Shown piece by piece: positions 63,400 through 64,000 of a stretch of 64,000 nt of DNA. Location of the stretch: assembly GCF_018977255.1 (NCBI RefSeq), contig NW_024704743.1, positions 96,970,001-97,034,000 of the forward strand, in the 5' to 3' direction. A model generated the notes under the pieces. The model was not told where the DNA came from, did no database searches, and was given only the letters and a program-made list of their open reading frames with translations. How positions within the stretch are numbered: position 1 is the stretch's first letter; every line of letters begins with the position of its first letter. Made by a program: the position numbers and the translations under genes. The stretch comes from Callorhinchus milii (taxonomy: Eukaryota).

Positions 63400-64000
63400 C
63401 CTGATAACTTGTTTCAAACTTTAATTATACTCTAGATGAAGAAATACTTCCTAGTGTCTTTCCTGAAATTACCTTTGCAACTCTTAACCTTATTCTGCTG
63501 CCTTTGCATATCGAAAAACATTGTTCCAGGTTTACTTTCTCAATCCCATTTAAATTATTATATACTGCTATCAAGTTCGTTCTGAGACATCTCTTTCCAA
63601 GGCTTATCTTATTGTTGCTATTATTCATTCCTCTAACAAAGCGGGTTCATCCTCTGCATTGCTCCTTAGGCTTGGGCCATCCCCATATGTCACTGTGACC
63701 AGAATTGTATGCAGTACTCTAGGTACTCTTAAGTGTGGCCTCATCAGAGCACTATGCAGCATGAGCATGAATTCTGGGAATCTGAAGGCAACTGATTTGG
63801 CAATATAGCCCAGCATCTTGTGAAAAATGAGTCAACTTTCACCCCTAGGTGCACTCCTCAGCTTCTTGCTCCTTGGTGAATTCTATCCCATCCAGGAAGT
63901 ACCTATTCTTACTCCCATATGCAGTACTTTGCATTTATCTGTACTGAACTTCATTTGCCAACCATTAACCCATGTGACATTCCTAATACAATTAGGAACA
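63400..64000 (-). mobile_element. Decayed CR1 ORF2 fragment
   Basis: MLGYIAKSV...LMLHSALMRPHL and SLGKRCLRTNLIAVYNNLNG match CR1 ORF2 C-terminal motifs. Confidence 0.75.

Noticed and set aside
47325..64000. Next CPQ exon (expected ..SGHLDSWDVGQGAMDDGGG)
   Set aside because: Not found by eye or in the ORF track. It is presumably beyond the window.
1..64000. CRISPR array, operon or prokaryotic defence system
   Set aside because: The sequence is spliced vertebrate DNA, with no regularly spaced repeat-spacer array or bacterial-type gene cluster.

Overview
Eukaryotic vertebrate genomic DNA, most likely a cartilaginous fish (holocephalan/elephant-shark-like, inferred from the repeat families and not confirmed). 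It holds the last two coding exons and 3' UTR of syndecan-2 (SDC2, +), followed by the first three coding exons of carboxypeptidase Q (CPQ/PGCP, +). This is the same gene order as in human, and CPQ continues past the window end. The rest is intronic or intergenic and dense with retroposons: tRNA-headed SINEs with a Deu-like body and (TAT)n tails, L2 LINE fragments with (TTG)n tails, CR1 fragments, and several palindromic MITE-like elements. Nearly all other ORFs in the track are repeat-derived or spurious. I see no evidence of a new multi-gene system. The most interesting signals are: a decayed 28S rRNA fragment with an insertion in the sarcin-ricin loop; an 82-bp near-perfect palindrome; a dispersed fold-back element family; a covarying 3' stem-loop shared by SINEs and L2; a modular series of SINE forms; and nested insertions with unusual junctions. 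Family assignments come from recall of consensus sequences, not database searches, and repeat boundaries are approximate.
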